Shown here one piece after another: positions 44,621 through 53,832 of a stretch of 64,000 nucleotides of DNA. Position 1 is the stretch's first letter; each line of letters begins with the position of its first letter. A program made the translations under genes and the position numbers. Location of the stretch: NCBI GenBank assembly GCA_043732705.1, contig JAYTHE010000029.1:70445-134444 (forward strand), in the 5' to 3' direction. This stretch comes from Candidatus Omnitrophota bacterium. Its GTDB lineage: Bacteria > Omnitrophota > Omnitrophia > Omnitrophales > Aquincolibacteriaceae. Under the pieces are notes generated by a model. The model did not search any database. It saw only the letters and a program-made list of their open reading frames with translations, and had not been told where the DNA came from.

Positions 44621-46594
44621 ATGCTGAGTTTATGTTGGACAATTTTGGGATTGCCGCTTGCCGCTTCCGCGGTGATTTCGCTTTTATTAATTCCCGCCGA
44701 AAAGGCCGCTAAAGATAAACATTTTTTCCGCACAGCATCTGCCTTTTTGTCCGTTCTTTCGATGGCAGCCGCATTCGGCTTAAGTCTTTTGCTTCTGCAG
44801 AACTTCCGCAGCATTGAAAACCATAGCGAGGTTTTTGAAACTTCCCTGAATTGGATGACTTTACCGCAATTCCGGATTGAAATCGGTTTGCTTCTCAATA
44901 ATCTTACATTGCTGATGCTTTTAATTGTGACCGGCGTATCTTTACTCGTAGCACTATTCTCCTCCCGGTACATGAAAGGCGAAGAGGGCTATTCCCGTTA
45001 TTTTGCCGCGCTTTCTTTTTTTGCTTTTTCAATGCTCGGAATCGTGCTTTCCAATAATTTGATCCAGATTTTTATTTTTTGGGAATTGGTCGGTGTGGCT
45101 TCTTATCTTTTAATCGGTTTCTGGTTTGAAAAGCCTTCGGCCAGCATCGCATCAAAAAAAGCTTTTCTCGTAACGCGTATCGGTGACGTTGGCATGATGC
45201 TTGGCATTCTGCTTTTGCTCGGGCTATTACTCAAATCCGGCACTGGTACATTTAACTTTCTTGAGTTGGAAACAAGACTGCATCAGTCTGCTTTACCGGC
45301 CGGGCTTTTCACCTTGGCCTGCATTGGTATTTTTTTCGGAGCCGTTGGTAAATCGGCGCAGGTGCCTTTGCATGTTTGGCTGCCGGATGCGATGGAAGGT
45401 CCGACACCGGCCAGTGCATTAATCCACGCCGCGACCATGGTTGCTGCGGGCGTGTTCATGCTTGCCCGTCTTTTCTTTTTATTTGAAATGAGTCCAGTAA
45501 CACTGCAAATCATAGCTTGGACCGGTATTATCACCGCTTTTCTCGCGGCATCCATTGCTGTTGTTCAAAATGACATTAAAAAGGTACTCGCCTACTCCAC
45601 GCTTTCGCAGCTGGGATATATGGTCATGGCCGTCGGCCTTAAAAACCCCGAAGCCGGAATGTTTCATTTAACAACCCACGCTTTTTTCAAAGCCTTGCTC
45701 TTTCTTGGCGCCGGCAGTTTGATCCATGCTCTGCACACGCAGGATATATGGGAGATGTCGGCACTGGTCCGTTCCGACCAAAGTCATTCTGCCTCTGCGT
45801 CTTCGACGCAACCGGCACATCGCAGCTGGCTAAAAACTATTCCTATCACAGGTCTTACTTTTCTAATCGGAACTGCCGCGCTTGCAGGGCTTCCTTTTAC
45901 GAGCGGTTTTTTCAGCAAAGAAGAAATTCTCGGTGCGGCTTCGACCGGTCCCCGCATTGTTTTTGGAATGGCACTTGCGGTTGTTTTTCTGACAGCTTTC
46001 TACATGGGCCGCGCTGTTACAATTATCTTCTGGAGCTCCGCTCCAACCAGACACCCTCAAAAACATGTGGAAATACATGAAGATAATTGGATGATTACTG
46101 TTCCGCTGCTTATCCTCGCTGTTTTTTCTTTAATTGCCGGCTATTTACCTTTCAAATCATTTTTAGAGAATCAAACAGCGCATGCTGAAATTCATCCGCA
46201 GTGGCTGGCTGCGGCTTCAGTCACCCTTGCTTGCTGCGGACTTTTACTCAGTTTTGTTCTTTACCGCCGGTCTTCTTCGCCTCTGAGCCAAGGGCTCAAC
46301 CGGAAAAACCTCCTAACTCAACTCGTCACATTTCTTAAAGAAAAATATTATTTCGATAAATTCTATGACTGGTTCATCATTCATGTTCAGGAAAATATCG
46401 CGCGTGCCGCGGACAACTTCGAACGTGTCGTGCTTGAACGCGGCGGCAATCAAGGTTTGGCGGGTTTAACGCAATTTCTGGGAAATACAGCGCGTAAATT
46501 ACAAAACGGCTGGATCCAAAGCTATGCTCTTGTTTTCGCAATCGGCTTTATTGCATTGGTTGCTTATCTTGTATTTTGCGGAGCAAAGTTATGA
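44621..46594 (+). CDS. nuoL: NADH-quinone oxidoreductase subunit L
   Basis: WELVGVASYLLIGFW, GKSAQVPLHVWLPDAMEGPTP, HAFFKALLFL; start set at ATG 44621. Confidence 0.97.
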   Translation: MLSLCWTILGLPLAASAVISLLLIPAEKAAKDKHFFRTASAFLSVLSMAAAFGLSLLLLQNFRSIENHSEVFETSLNWMTLPQFRIEIGLLLNNLTLLMLLIVTGVSLLVALFSSRYMKGEEGYSRYFAALSFFAFSMLGIVLSNNLIQIFIFWELVGVASYLLIGFWFEKPSASIASKKAFLVTRIGDVGMMLGILLLLGLLLKSGTGTFNFLELETRLHQSALPAGLFTLACIGIFFGAVGKSAQVPLHVWLPDAMEGPTPASALIHAATMVAAGVFMLARLFFLFEMSPVTLQIIAWTGIITAFLAASIAVVQNDIKKVLAYSTLSQLGYMVMAVGLKNPEAGMFHLTTHAFFKALLFLGAGSLIHALHTQDIWEMSALVRSDQSHSASASSTQPAHRSWLKTIPITGLTFLIGTAALAGLPFTSGFFSKEEILGAASTGPRIVFGMALAVVFLTAFYMGRAVTIIFWSSAPTRHPQKHVEIHEDNWMITVPLLILAVFSLIAGYLPFKSFLENQTAHAEIHPQWLAAASVTLACCGLLLSFVLYRRSSSPLSQGLNRKNLLTQLVTFLKEKYYFDKFYDWFIIHVQENIARAADNFERVVLERGGNQGLAGLTQFLGNTARKLQNGWIQSYALVFAIGFIALVAYLVFCGAKL

Positions 46595-46613
46595 CACTGC
46601 ACGGGACACATTT

Positions 46614-48071
46614 ATGATTGCGGCATTACCTTTCATTCCTTATTTAGCAGCATTGGCAATTCTTTGCGTTCCGGCTGCAAAGGAAAAACTTTTACGCTGG
46701 CTTACGATCGGTGCAACCGGTGCTTGTTTGCTGATCACGCTGGTTTTAACGCAGCATTTTGACCGTACACTTCCAGGCTTTCAATTTGTTCATTCCTGGG
46801 ATTGCTTTGCAGAAATGGGCATCCGTTATCAGGTCGGACTTGACGGTATTAATCTTATTTTCTGCCTGTTGCTGGCCATTGTCGCTTTTGCCGGTGCTTT
46901 TATTGCTGTCAAAACAAAAAATCGCCTGAAAGAATATCTTTTTTATTATTTGATCTTAACGGGCAGCATGTTTGCCGTTTTTACAGTATTGAATGTTTTC
47001 TTCTTATATGTCTTTTATGAAATGACTTTGATCCCGGTTTTTGCAATGTTAGGAATCGCAGGTCATCCGGCGCTGAAAGAAAAAGGCGCGATGCATCTTG
47101 CGCTTTATATGATGGCCGGCGCAGTGATCGGCCTTTTCGCAATATTTAACTTATACGATATTCTCGGCCCGGCCTTCATGGACCTAACCCAGGCCAAGGC
47201 AGTTGCACTTTCTAATGCGCCATTATTAACGCCCGATGTTCAGAAGTGGCTCGCCGCGCTTTTGATTGTCGGTTTCGGCATCATGACTTCACTTTGGCCG
47301 CTTCATAACTGGTCGCCTTCCGCTTATGCCGCTGCGCCATCGTCTTTGTCCATGCTGCATGCCGGAGTAAAAATTGGTCCATATTTTCTGCTGCGCATTG
47401 CAATCGCTTATTTGCCGGCCGGCTTTCAGTTTTGGGCGCCTTCTTTAGCCGTTCTCGCGACCATCGGCGTAATCTACGGCGGTTTTGCAGCCATTCGCCA
47501 AAAGAGCTTGAATACGATGGCGGCTTTTTCAAGTGTCAGCCACATAGGCTATGTTTTGCTCGCTTTAGCGGCCCTCAATCTGACTTCATTATCCGCAGGA
47601 ATCCTGCTTATTTTTGGCCACGGGATCATGACCGCTTGTCTGTTCGGTTTGATCGGGCATTTAACCGCACAAGCCCATACGGACGGTATTCACGAATTCG
47701 GCGGACTCGGCAAATCACTCCCTTTCTTTTCTGTCTGTTTTATGCTGACCTCGCTGGCGTCATCGGGAATTCCGGGCTTTGCTAATTTTCCTGCGGAACT
47801 TTTAGTTTTTCTGAGCTCCTGGAAAAATTTTTCGGCCGCGGTTATTTTTGGAGTTTTTGGAGTTTTGATCACAGCGATTTATATGATCCGTGCGGTTCAG
47901 GCGCTTTGCTTCGGTACGGAAAGCAACCGCTCAAAAAACTTAACAGACATGACAACACTCTTTGATAAAACACCTTTTCTGATTTTATTGGCCGTGCTTT
48001 GCTTTTTCGGATTTTTTCCAAGCGCGCTCTTATCGATTATTCAACCGGCAGTCACAAGGCTTTTATCATGA
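46614..48071 (+). CDS. nuoM: NADH-quinone oxidoreductase subunit M
   Basis: GLDGI, FYEMTLIP, PLHNW, AFSSVSHIG; start set at ATG 46614. Confidence 0.94.
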   Translation: MIAALPFIPYLAALAILCVPAAKEKLLRWLTIGATGACLLITLVLTQHFDRTLPGFQFVHSWDCFAEMGIRYQVGLDGINLIFCLLLAIVAFAGAFIAVKTKNRLKEYLFYYLILTGSMFAVFTVLNVFFLYVFYEMTLIPVFAMLGIAGHPALKEKGAMHLALYMMAGAVIGLFAIFNLYDILGPAFMDLTQAKAVALSNAPLLTPDVQKWLAALLIVGFGIMTSLWPLHNWSPSAYAAAPSSLSMLHAGVKIGPYFLLRIAIAYLPAGFQFWAPSLAVLATIGVIYGGFAAIRQKSLNTMAAFSSVSHIGYVLLALAALNLTSLSAGILLIFGHGIMTACLFGLIGHLTAQAHTDGIHEFGGLGKSLPFFSVCFMLTSLASSGIPGFANFPAELLVFLSSWKNFSAAVIFGVFGVLITAIYMIRAVQALCFGTESNRSKNLTDMTTLFDKTPFLILLAVLCFFGFFPSALLSIIQPAVTRLLS

Positions 48072-49489
48072 GCAGCTTAGGCCTTTCTCATTTTATTCCG
48101 GATTTAATCAGCGTCGGACTGCTGGCTTATTTCCTGACTGAAGCCATCATCACGGGACAAAAAGACCACCGTTCTATTTTCAATCCTTTGGCCGTAGGAA
48201 CCGTAATTCTCGGCGCCGCGCTTTTCTTTTTCGGACGTAATACCGGCACGGGCTTCGGCGGAATGGTTTCAAACGATCTTTTTGCGCTTTATTTTAAAAC
48301 TTTCTTTACGCTGGTCTTTTTCGTGATTGTTTTCATATGCCGTGATTTCTTCAAGGATTCGGCCGCCAAACAGCAAGAATTCGGATTAATTCTCTGGTGC
48401 CCGTTGATCGGCCTTTATTTTCTCGCTTCCGCTTCCCATTTCTTGATGCTTTTCATAGCGCTTGAAATATTGACCATGGCTATTTACCTGCTTGCCGCTT
48501 ACAGCCGGCGGACGATTTCAGTTGAAGCAGGCCTTAAATATTTAATGATGGGATCAATCGCTTCGGGTTTTACGATTTTCGGAATCGCATTGCTTTATAT
48601 GCAAACCGGCACACTTTCATTCGCGGAAATCGCAGCCGTAAAACAAACTTTATTCGCCAGCCGCCTAGGTTTGCTGGCGCTGCTTTTTATTTTTGCGGGA
48701 TTGGGATTTAAAGCGGCAACCTTTCCTTTTCAGCTTTGGGTTCCGGACGTTTATCAAGGTTCGCCGGCGCCCGTTTCCGCACTCATGTCGGTTGCTTCCA
48801 AAGCCGCGGGATTTTTGCTGATCATTCGTTTTTTTGGCATGACAGTCGGGCCATTGAATGCGCATTGGAAAATGGCTTTGTCCGTGTTGTCTCTTTTTAC
48901 TTTGCTCTACGGTAATTTGGGTGCTTTGGCACAAACGAGCTTTAAGCGCCTCATGGGCTATTCCAGCATCGGCCATGCGGGTTATTTGATGCTTGCCATT
49001 GCCTCAGGCACAGCTTCAAGCACAGCGGCCATCTTGTATTACTTCACGGGTTACGCAGCAAGTACTTTGGCTGTTTTTTATGCCATTACCTTGGTTGAAA
49101 AAGCAATAGGCTCGGATTCAACCGAAAATTTTGAGGGCCTTTCAAAAACATCGCCTTTCCTTTCCGCTGTCCTTTTTATTGCACTTTTATCTTTAGCCGG
49201 TGTTCCACCGCTTGCAGGCTTTATGGGGAAATTCTGGATTCTCTTTTTAGGACTACAGGCAGGTTTAGGATGGCTTGTGTCGGCCGGACTGGTAATGGTT
49301 GTGGTAGGGCTCTATTATTATCTTTCGATCGCAATCAAAATGATTTTTCGCGAACCGAAACTTAAGGCGGAAATTCAAATTTCAATTTCAGCTAAATTAA
49401 TTCTTTGTGTTTTAACCCTTCTCTCGCTCAGCATGGGATTGTTGCAGGCGCCGCTAATTCGAATCGCCGCGGCCGCCATCGGCCGATAA
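48068..49489 (+). CDS. nuoN: NADH-quinone oxidoreductase subunit N
   Basis: EAGLKY, PFQLWVPDVYQG, YSSIGHAGY, SLAGVPPLAGF; start set at ATG 48068. Confidence 0.95.
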   Translation: MSSLGLSHFIPDLISVGLLAYFLTEAIITGQKDHRSIFNPLAVGTVILGAALFFFGRNTGTGFGGMVSNDLFALYFKTFFTLVFFVIVFICRDFFKDSAAKQQEFGLILWCPLIGLYFLASASHFLMLFIALEILTMAIYLLAAYSRRTISVEAGLKYLMMGSIASGFTIFGIALLYMQTGTLSFAEIAAVKQTLFASRLGLLALLFIFAGLGFKAATFPFQLWVPDVYQGSPAPVSALMSVASKAAGFLLIIRFFGMTVGPLNAHWKMALSVLSLFTLLYGNLGALAQTSFKRLMGYSSIGHAGYLMLAIASGTASSTAAILYYFTGYAASTLAVFYAITLVEKAIGSDSTENFEGLSKTSPFLSAVLFIALLSLAGVPPLAGFMGKFWILFLGLQAGLGWLVSAGLVMVVVGLYYYLSIAIKMIFREPKLKAEIQISISAKLILCVLTLLSLSMGLLQAPLIRIAAAAIGR

Positions 49490-49494
49490 TTTTC

Positions 49495-49872
49495 TCAAGC
49501 GTTACCGCGCGGCTTCCAAAACTGCGCCTGTGAAATTACGCCTTCGGCATGAAGCGCCTCGATTAATTCATTGCCTGTTTTTGGCAGTGCAATTACGCGT
49601 CCATTTTTAAAAAGAATCATGGCCGTTTCGGCGTATAAAAAATTACCGAGGCGGTATTCCCAAAGCTCATACGAATTGGGGCCATATGGCATCATCGAAA
49701 CAATATGCGGCGGGCCTTCTAAAGTATATTGAACCTGCTCGGGAGTATTGCCGATTTGAATACTGCGCATGCGGTCAAAAACATAGGCGCGCGTCGTGGC
49801 ATCAGGAATCATCGTGCAGCCTGAAAAAATGAAGTTTCCCAATAAAATTAACAATATAAATTTATTTTTCAT
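49495..49872 (-). CDS. Putative lipoprotein, SmpA/BamE-like fold
   Basis: MKNKF... lipobox IFSGC; IQIGNTPEQV..LEGPP...WEY pattern. Confidence 0.55.
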   Translation of the reverse strand: MKNKFILLILLGNFIFSGCTMIPDATTRAYVFDRMRSIQIGNTPEQVQYTLEGPPHIVSMMPYGPNSYELWEYRLGNFLYAETAMILFKNGRVIALPKTGNELIEALHAEGVISQAQFWKPRGNA

Positions 49873-50255
49873 GAAATAAGGCTGGAAACAATCAGCATAA
49901 AAATACCCGCCGCGGCCCCGCAACCCAAAATAATCGCGAAAATAATGCGTCGATCCCAAATATAAATAAAGGCCCGGCGCCAATGCAAATAAGAAATGTA
50001 AAAAAAAATAAACTTAGCGGCACTTAATGTCAGAATTCCCGCCGCAAGAAAAGATACGGGATGCGCGGCCTGATAAAAACAAGCCCAGGCCAAGAGCGCC
50101 AAGGTCATGTAAGCCCAGCAAATCAAACCTAACCAAATCGGCCGTTCCTCCGGGAAAACTTTTTCGCCAATAGTTCTCCCCAACAAACAAAAGCCTATGA
50201 CAGACCAGCTCAGTGTAATTAAACCCGCAATGAAAGTTAATAAAGACAATGTCAT
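49869..50255 (-). CDS. Hypothetical 4-TM membrane protein
   Basis: Hydrophobic ORF translationally coupled to the downstream lipoprotein gene. Confidence 0.6.
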   Translation of the reverse strand: MTLSLLTFIAGLITLSWSVIGFCLLGRTIGEKVFPEERPIWLGLICWAYMTLALLAWACFYQAAHPVSFLAAGILTLSAAKFIFFYISYLHWRRAFIYIWDRRIIFAIILGCGAAAGIFMLIVSSLIS

Positions 50256-50285
50256 GCTATTTTAACTATTTGCTGAAATAAAAAA

Positions 50286-50311
50286 GGGGGATGGGTTAAA
50301 ACCCATCCCCC
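50286..50311 (-). terminator. Intrinsic terminator
   Basis: GGGGGATGGG-TTAAAA-CCCATCCCCC stem with U-run on minus strand. Confidence 0.75.
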
Positions 50312-50326
50312 ATTCTTTCAATTGAG

Positions 50327-50797
50327 TTAGGATTGTGCCGGGGCCACAGTTGTCAAGGCATCTGCGCTCGCGGAACTATCCGCGGCAGTCGCAGCGGCGT
50401 TTTCGGCAGCAGCAGCCGCATCTTTTTCAGCGGATTGTGTTTGTTCCGCGCTTGCTTTTTTAGCCGCATGTCGTTTCTTGGCATGTTTTTTCGTATGTTT
50501 TTTAGCTTTTCGCTTAGCAGCCGTCTTTTTCTTGCTTTTGCTCTTTTTAGGCTTTTTAGCTTCCGTCGTTGTAGTTGTCGTCGTCGCATTCGCTGTTGTC
50601 ACAGCAGGAGTCGTGGTCGTTGTTGTAGTCGTCGCGTCTGCGGCCGGAGCTGCATAAGGGTCATTTGAGTCTGCCGCAACAGTTGTTGTCGCTACCGCGG
50701 GCGCTGCAGCTGCATCCTCAGCAACCACGGGTGCCGGGACAGTCATAATAAGAACCCCAAAAATAACCGCTAAATTTTTCAAGAACTCGCTCTTCAT
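50327..50797 (-). CDS. Secreted low-complexity Ala/Thr-rich protein with Lys-rich segment
   Basis: Signal peptide (PVVA-ED), Thr runs, KKPKKSKSKKK...KKHAKKRHAAKK; GGAGAG RBS; own terminator. Confidence 0.7.
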   Translation of the reverse strand: MKSEFLKNLAVIFGVLIMTVPAPVVAEDAAAAPAVATTTVAADSNDPYAAPAADATTTTTTTTPAVTTANATTTTTTTEAKKPKKSKSKKKTAAKRKAKKHTKKHAKKRHAAKKASAEQTQSAEKDAAAAAENAAATAADSSASADALTTVAPAQS

Positions 50798-50989
50798 AAT
50801 CTCTCCTGTTTGAATTAGTAATAGTGCGGGTTGAACGAAACGCCAAGCCTCGTCATTTCAGTTCTAACGAAGTGCTAGGCCACATCCGATTTATTTTGAG
50901 ATGTGGCACAGCACAGCGTATTATTTTGAAATAATGAACTCATTATTTCAATTTCAACGAAGCGCTAGTATAAAGATTCAGGCCAGAAA

Positions 50990-51223
50990 TTAAAGATTTT
51001 TTTCAATTTTTTTGCCGTTTTTAAGTCTTTTCCAGCCCTCGATAAGCAGCGAAACGGCAATCAAAAAAGTCCCTAAAAAGCCGGTTAAGGCAAATAACAA
51101 AGTCTTTTGGGATCCGCACCAAAAAGCGGCCGCCAACAATAAAACCGCCGGTACGGCATACCTGCATATATATTGTGAAAAAGTCACTTTTGCGACTGAA
51201 GCGCATGCCGGCAATGCGGGCAT
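50990..51223 (-). CDS. Small hypothetical membrane protein
   Basis: Two hydrophobic segments, basic tail; start uncertain. Confidence 0.4.
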   Translation of the reverse strand: MPALPACASVAKVTFSQYICRYAVPAVLLLAAAFWCGSQKTLLFALTGFLGTFLIAVSLLIEGWKRLKNGKKIEKNL

Positions 51224-51558
51224 TCAAGCATCACCTTCAGAACGGGAATACTGCAGCGCGGGCAGCGACGATGCCCCTCGGGCGCAGGGCCATAATGCCA
51301 CCAAATCCACTTTACCAAGGCCGAAAGCAATCCAGCCATGAGAACTCCCAGGATGATCAGTTTCCAGATATTAAGCAATTCCGGATTAAGCTCAAAGTGA
51401 AAGATTTTTTTTACGAGCATGGGCATGAACCAAGCCCATGCCGCAACAACAAGCCACTTGATCACACGTAAAAGCGGCCGCGTGCTTAAATCAATCCACC
51501 CTGCCGCATCCGCGACAAGCAGCATCAGTCCCGCAACTAAAAAAGGCATCCACAGCAT
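51184..51558 (-). CDS. Membrane protein with C-terminal zinc ribbon
   Basis: 3 TM helices plus CPRC...CPHC; GAGG RBS. Confidence 0.7.
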   Translation of the reverse strand: MLWMPFLVAGLMLLVADAAGWIDLSTRPLLRVIKWLVVAAWAWFMPMLVKKIFHFELNPELLNIWKLIILGVLMAGLLSALVKWIWWHYGPAPEGHRRCPRCSIPVLKVMLECPHCRHALQSQK

Positions 51559-51572
51559 AAAAACCTCATCTC

Positions 51573-51673
51573 AAAGGTTAAAAGTAAAATCTGAAAATAT
51601 AACTTAAAGGCCAAAATTATCCGGACAGTTTTTATTTTTGGGCTATGGTTTTAATCTTTAAGATTTAACCTCT
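51573..51673. repeat. Approx. 100-bp AT-rich element (family 2), inverted copy left of EVE gene
   Basis: Reverse complement of 52128-52228, core TATAACTTAAAGGCCAAAA.TATCCGGACAGTTTTTA.TTT.GGGCTATGGTTTT. Confidence 0.8.
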
Positions 51674-52119
51674 AACCTAGTAATAATTTGCCAATGTTTT
51701 TCGGAAACAGGCTGTACAGAAAGCCGGCTGCCTTTTTGTAAAAGCAGCATTCCCTCAAGCCCTGTCATTTTTTTAAGCTCTTCCAAAGATAAAAAACGTT
51801 TAAATTTTTTTACGAAATTTAGATCCACAAGATACCAAGTCGGATTTTCTTTTTTACTTTTGGGATCATAATGCACATCTTTTTTATCAAACGCCGTGGG
51901 GTCAGGATAAGGTTTCCCCGCGACTTTGGCAATGCCGGCAATACCTGATGGCTCAGCATTTGAATAATAAAAGAAAACAAGATCCCCTGGTTTCATTTGA
52001 TCGCGCATAAAATTACGCGCTTGATAATTGCGCACGCCGTCCCACATCGTTTTACCGTCACGGGCAAGATCCTCTATGGAATATACATCCGGCTCGGACT
52101 TCATCAGCCAATAATTCAT
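51658..52119 (-). CDS. EVE domain-containing protein
   Basis: MNYWLMKSEP, WDGVRNYQARNFMR, SRLSVQPV. Confidence 0.95.
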   Translation of the reverse strand: MNYWLMKSEPDVYSIEDLARDGKTMWDGVRNYQARNFMRDQMKPGDLVFFYYSNAEPSGIAGIAKVAGKPYPDPTAFDKKDVHYDPKSKKENPTWYLVDLNFVKKFKRFLSLEELKKMTGLEGMLLLQKGSRLSVQPVSEKHWQIITRLEVKS

Positions 52120-52127
52120 AACAACTT

Positions 52128-52228
52128 AAAGGTTAAAGCTCAAAAGTCAAAACCATAGCCCGAAACTAAAAACTGTCCGGATAGTTTTGGCCTTTAAGTT
52201 ATAGTTTTAAGCTTTTACCTTTAACTTT
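52128..52228. repeat. Approx. 100-bp AT-rich element (family 2), inverted copy right of EVE gene
   Basis: Reverse complement of 51573-51673. Confidence 0.8.
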
Positions 52229-52599
52229 TAACCTTTCTTAATTGCCCCTAAAATAAAAAATATCCATCCCGTCATCAAAAGTAGCCCGCCAATTGGCGTA
52301 ACAGCACCAAAGCCGCGAATACCCGTTAGCGCTAATATATAGAGACTGCCCGAAAAAACAATAACCCCAGCCGTAAAACAAGTTCCCGCACGAGAAATAA
52401 GTTTCGAATCGAAAACAGAAACAGCCCAAGAAGCGGCAAGCAGGGCAAAAGCATGATAAGTCTGATAACGCACGCCGGTTTCAAAAATGAGGAGCATTTC
52501 AGAGGACAAATGTTGTTTTAGGGCATGGGCGCCAAAGGCTCCCAACAGAACGCTTAAAAACCCAAACACTGTGCCTGTAATAAACAACATTTTTTGCAT
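52228..52599 (-). CDS. DUF423 (YgdD/TMEM256-like) membrane protein
   Basis: LGAFGAHAL, ETGVRYQTYH, FSGSLY, TPIGG; start set at ATG 52599. Confidence 0.9.
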   Translation of the reverse strand: MQKMLFITGTVFGFLSVLLGAFGAHALKQHLSSEMLLIFETGVRYQTYHAFALLAASWAVSVFDSKLISRAGTCFTAGVIVFSGSLYILALTGIRGFGAVTPIGGLLLMTGWIFFILGAIKKG

Positions 52600-52706
52600 G
52601 GAAGCATTATACAGAAAATATGGAAACCCTGATAGACGACAGCTCCATTTTTGGTTTAAAATATTCGAGATCGTTTTAACCATCTTTTCATCGAGGGAGA
52701 TTCATA

Positions 52707-53072
52707 ATGAAAAATTCACCCGTTCTTAAACTTTTAGCTCTTTTGCTCGCCTTTGGCATGGCTTTATCAGGCTGCAGCACAACCAAGGTCGCCAAGGATT
52801 GGAATGGCGTTTCATCCCCGGATGGTAAGCCACTTGCTCATGTCAGCACATCCAATATGGCGATCCATTTGTTGCTGGGGAAAAATCCGGCCTGGGGCAA
52901 TGCAAGTCTTGAACAAACCGTTTCAGACTTCACAGCCGCTGCCAAAGCTCAGGGCGCGTCCAAAGTGCGCATTGTTCAATCGAACAGCACTTCATGGTGG
53001 TTCATATTCTTCCCGTTCTCCTTGCTTGTTACTCCTGTAACCAGCAATGTAGCCGGAGACGCGATCGCCTAA
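52707..53072 (+). CDS. Putative lipoprotein
   Basis: Lipobox LSGC after signal peptide; RBS GAGGGAG. Confidence 0.7.
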   Translation: MKNSPVLKLLALLLAFGMALSGCSTTKVAKDWNGVSSPDGKPLAHVSTSNMAIHLLLGKNPAWGNASLEQTVSDFTAAAKAQGASKVRIVQSNSTSWWFIFFPFSLLVTPVTSNVAGDAIA

Positions 53073-53092
53073 GCGGTTTCTTTTCGCAAATA

Positions 53093-53127
53093 AAAAACGC
53101 GGGGTCAGAAATGACCTCGCGTTTTTC
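53093..53127. terminator. Bidirectional intrinsic terminator
   Basis: AAAAACGCGGGGTCA-GAAA-TGACCTCGCGTTTTT between convergent genes. Confidence 0.75.
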
Positions 53128-53224
53128 TTTTACGGTATTGAAAGAATAAAATTAACCGTTTGCGGTCAGGTGTAATCCAGAGCAAAAGCTACGGTTGCGC
53201 GAAGCGCAGAGTAAAAAGATGCGG

Positions 53225-53797
53225 TTACTGCGAGAGAACTTTTTGGAGATCGCGCTTCGCGACAACTTGCGCATAAAGCGGATTGGGATTAAGCAGCTCA
53301 ACAATATCGAGTTTCATACCTTCGCGCGTATAAGACGCCATATCAAGAATCTGCGTATCCATGCGAATCGCGTCTTCGGGACAAGCCTCAACACAAAATC
53401 CGCAAAAAACACATTTTCCAAGATCAATATCAAAACTCTTGGGACGTTTTTCAATATTTACGTCGGGATGTTCCTCCGCCACAATCGTGATGCACTTTGC
53501 GGGACAAACTGTTTCACACATCATGCACGCCACACAGCGCGGTGAATTATCCACGCGTTTGGTTAAACGATGCCGTGTGCGTAATCGCGAAGGTGGCTTG
53601 CGTCGCTCTTCGGGGTACATGATGGTTACACCCGCGCGAATTAATTTAAAAAGCCCAATCGCATGCATCGTGTGAAAAAAAAGATTTTTCCAGAAATGCC
53701 CGCCGGTAATCCATACGCCGCGGATGATTTCAGGAACATAAATCTGCTGCCAGAAGTTGAGTACAGGCCGGTCAACGACCTTGGTTTTTATCGTCAT
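53225..53797 (-). CDS. nuoI: NADH-quinone oxidoreductase subunit I (2x[4Fe-4S])
   Basis: TIMYPEE, CVACMMCETVCP, CVFCGFCVEACPEDAI; start uncertain (53797 or 53824). Confidence 0.92.
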   Translation of the reverse strand: MTIKTKVVDRPVLNFWQQIYVPEIIRGVWITGGHFWKNLFFHTMHAIGLFKLIRAGVTIMYPEERRKPPSRLRTRHRLTKRVDNSPRCVACMMCETVCPAKCITIVAEEHPDVNIEKRPKSFDIDLGKCVFCGFCVEACPEDAIRMDTQILDMASYTREGMKLDIVELLNPNPLYAQVVAKRDLQKVLSQ

Positions 53798-53832
53798 AGG
53801 GATTGGAATTGTAGCACAACTCACGCTTGGCG

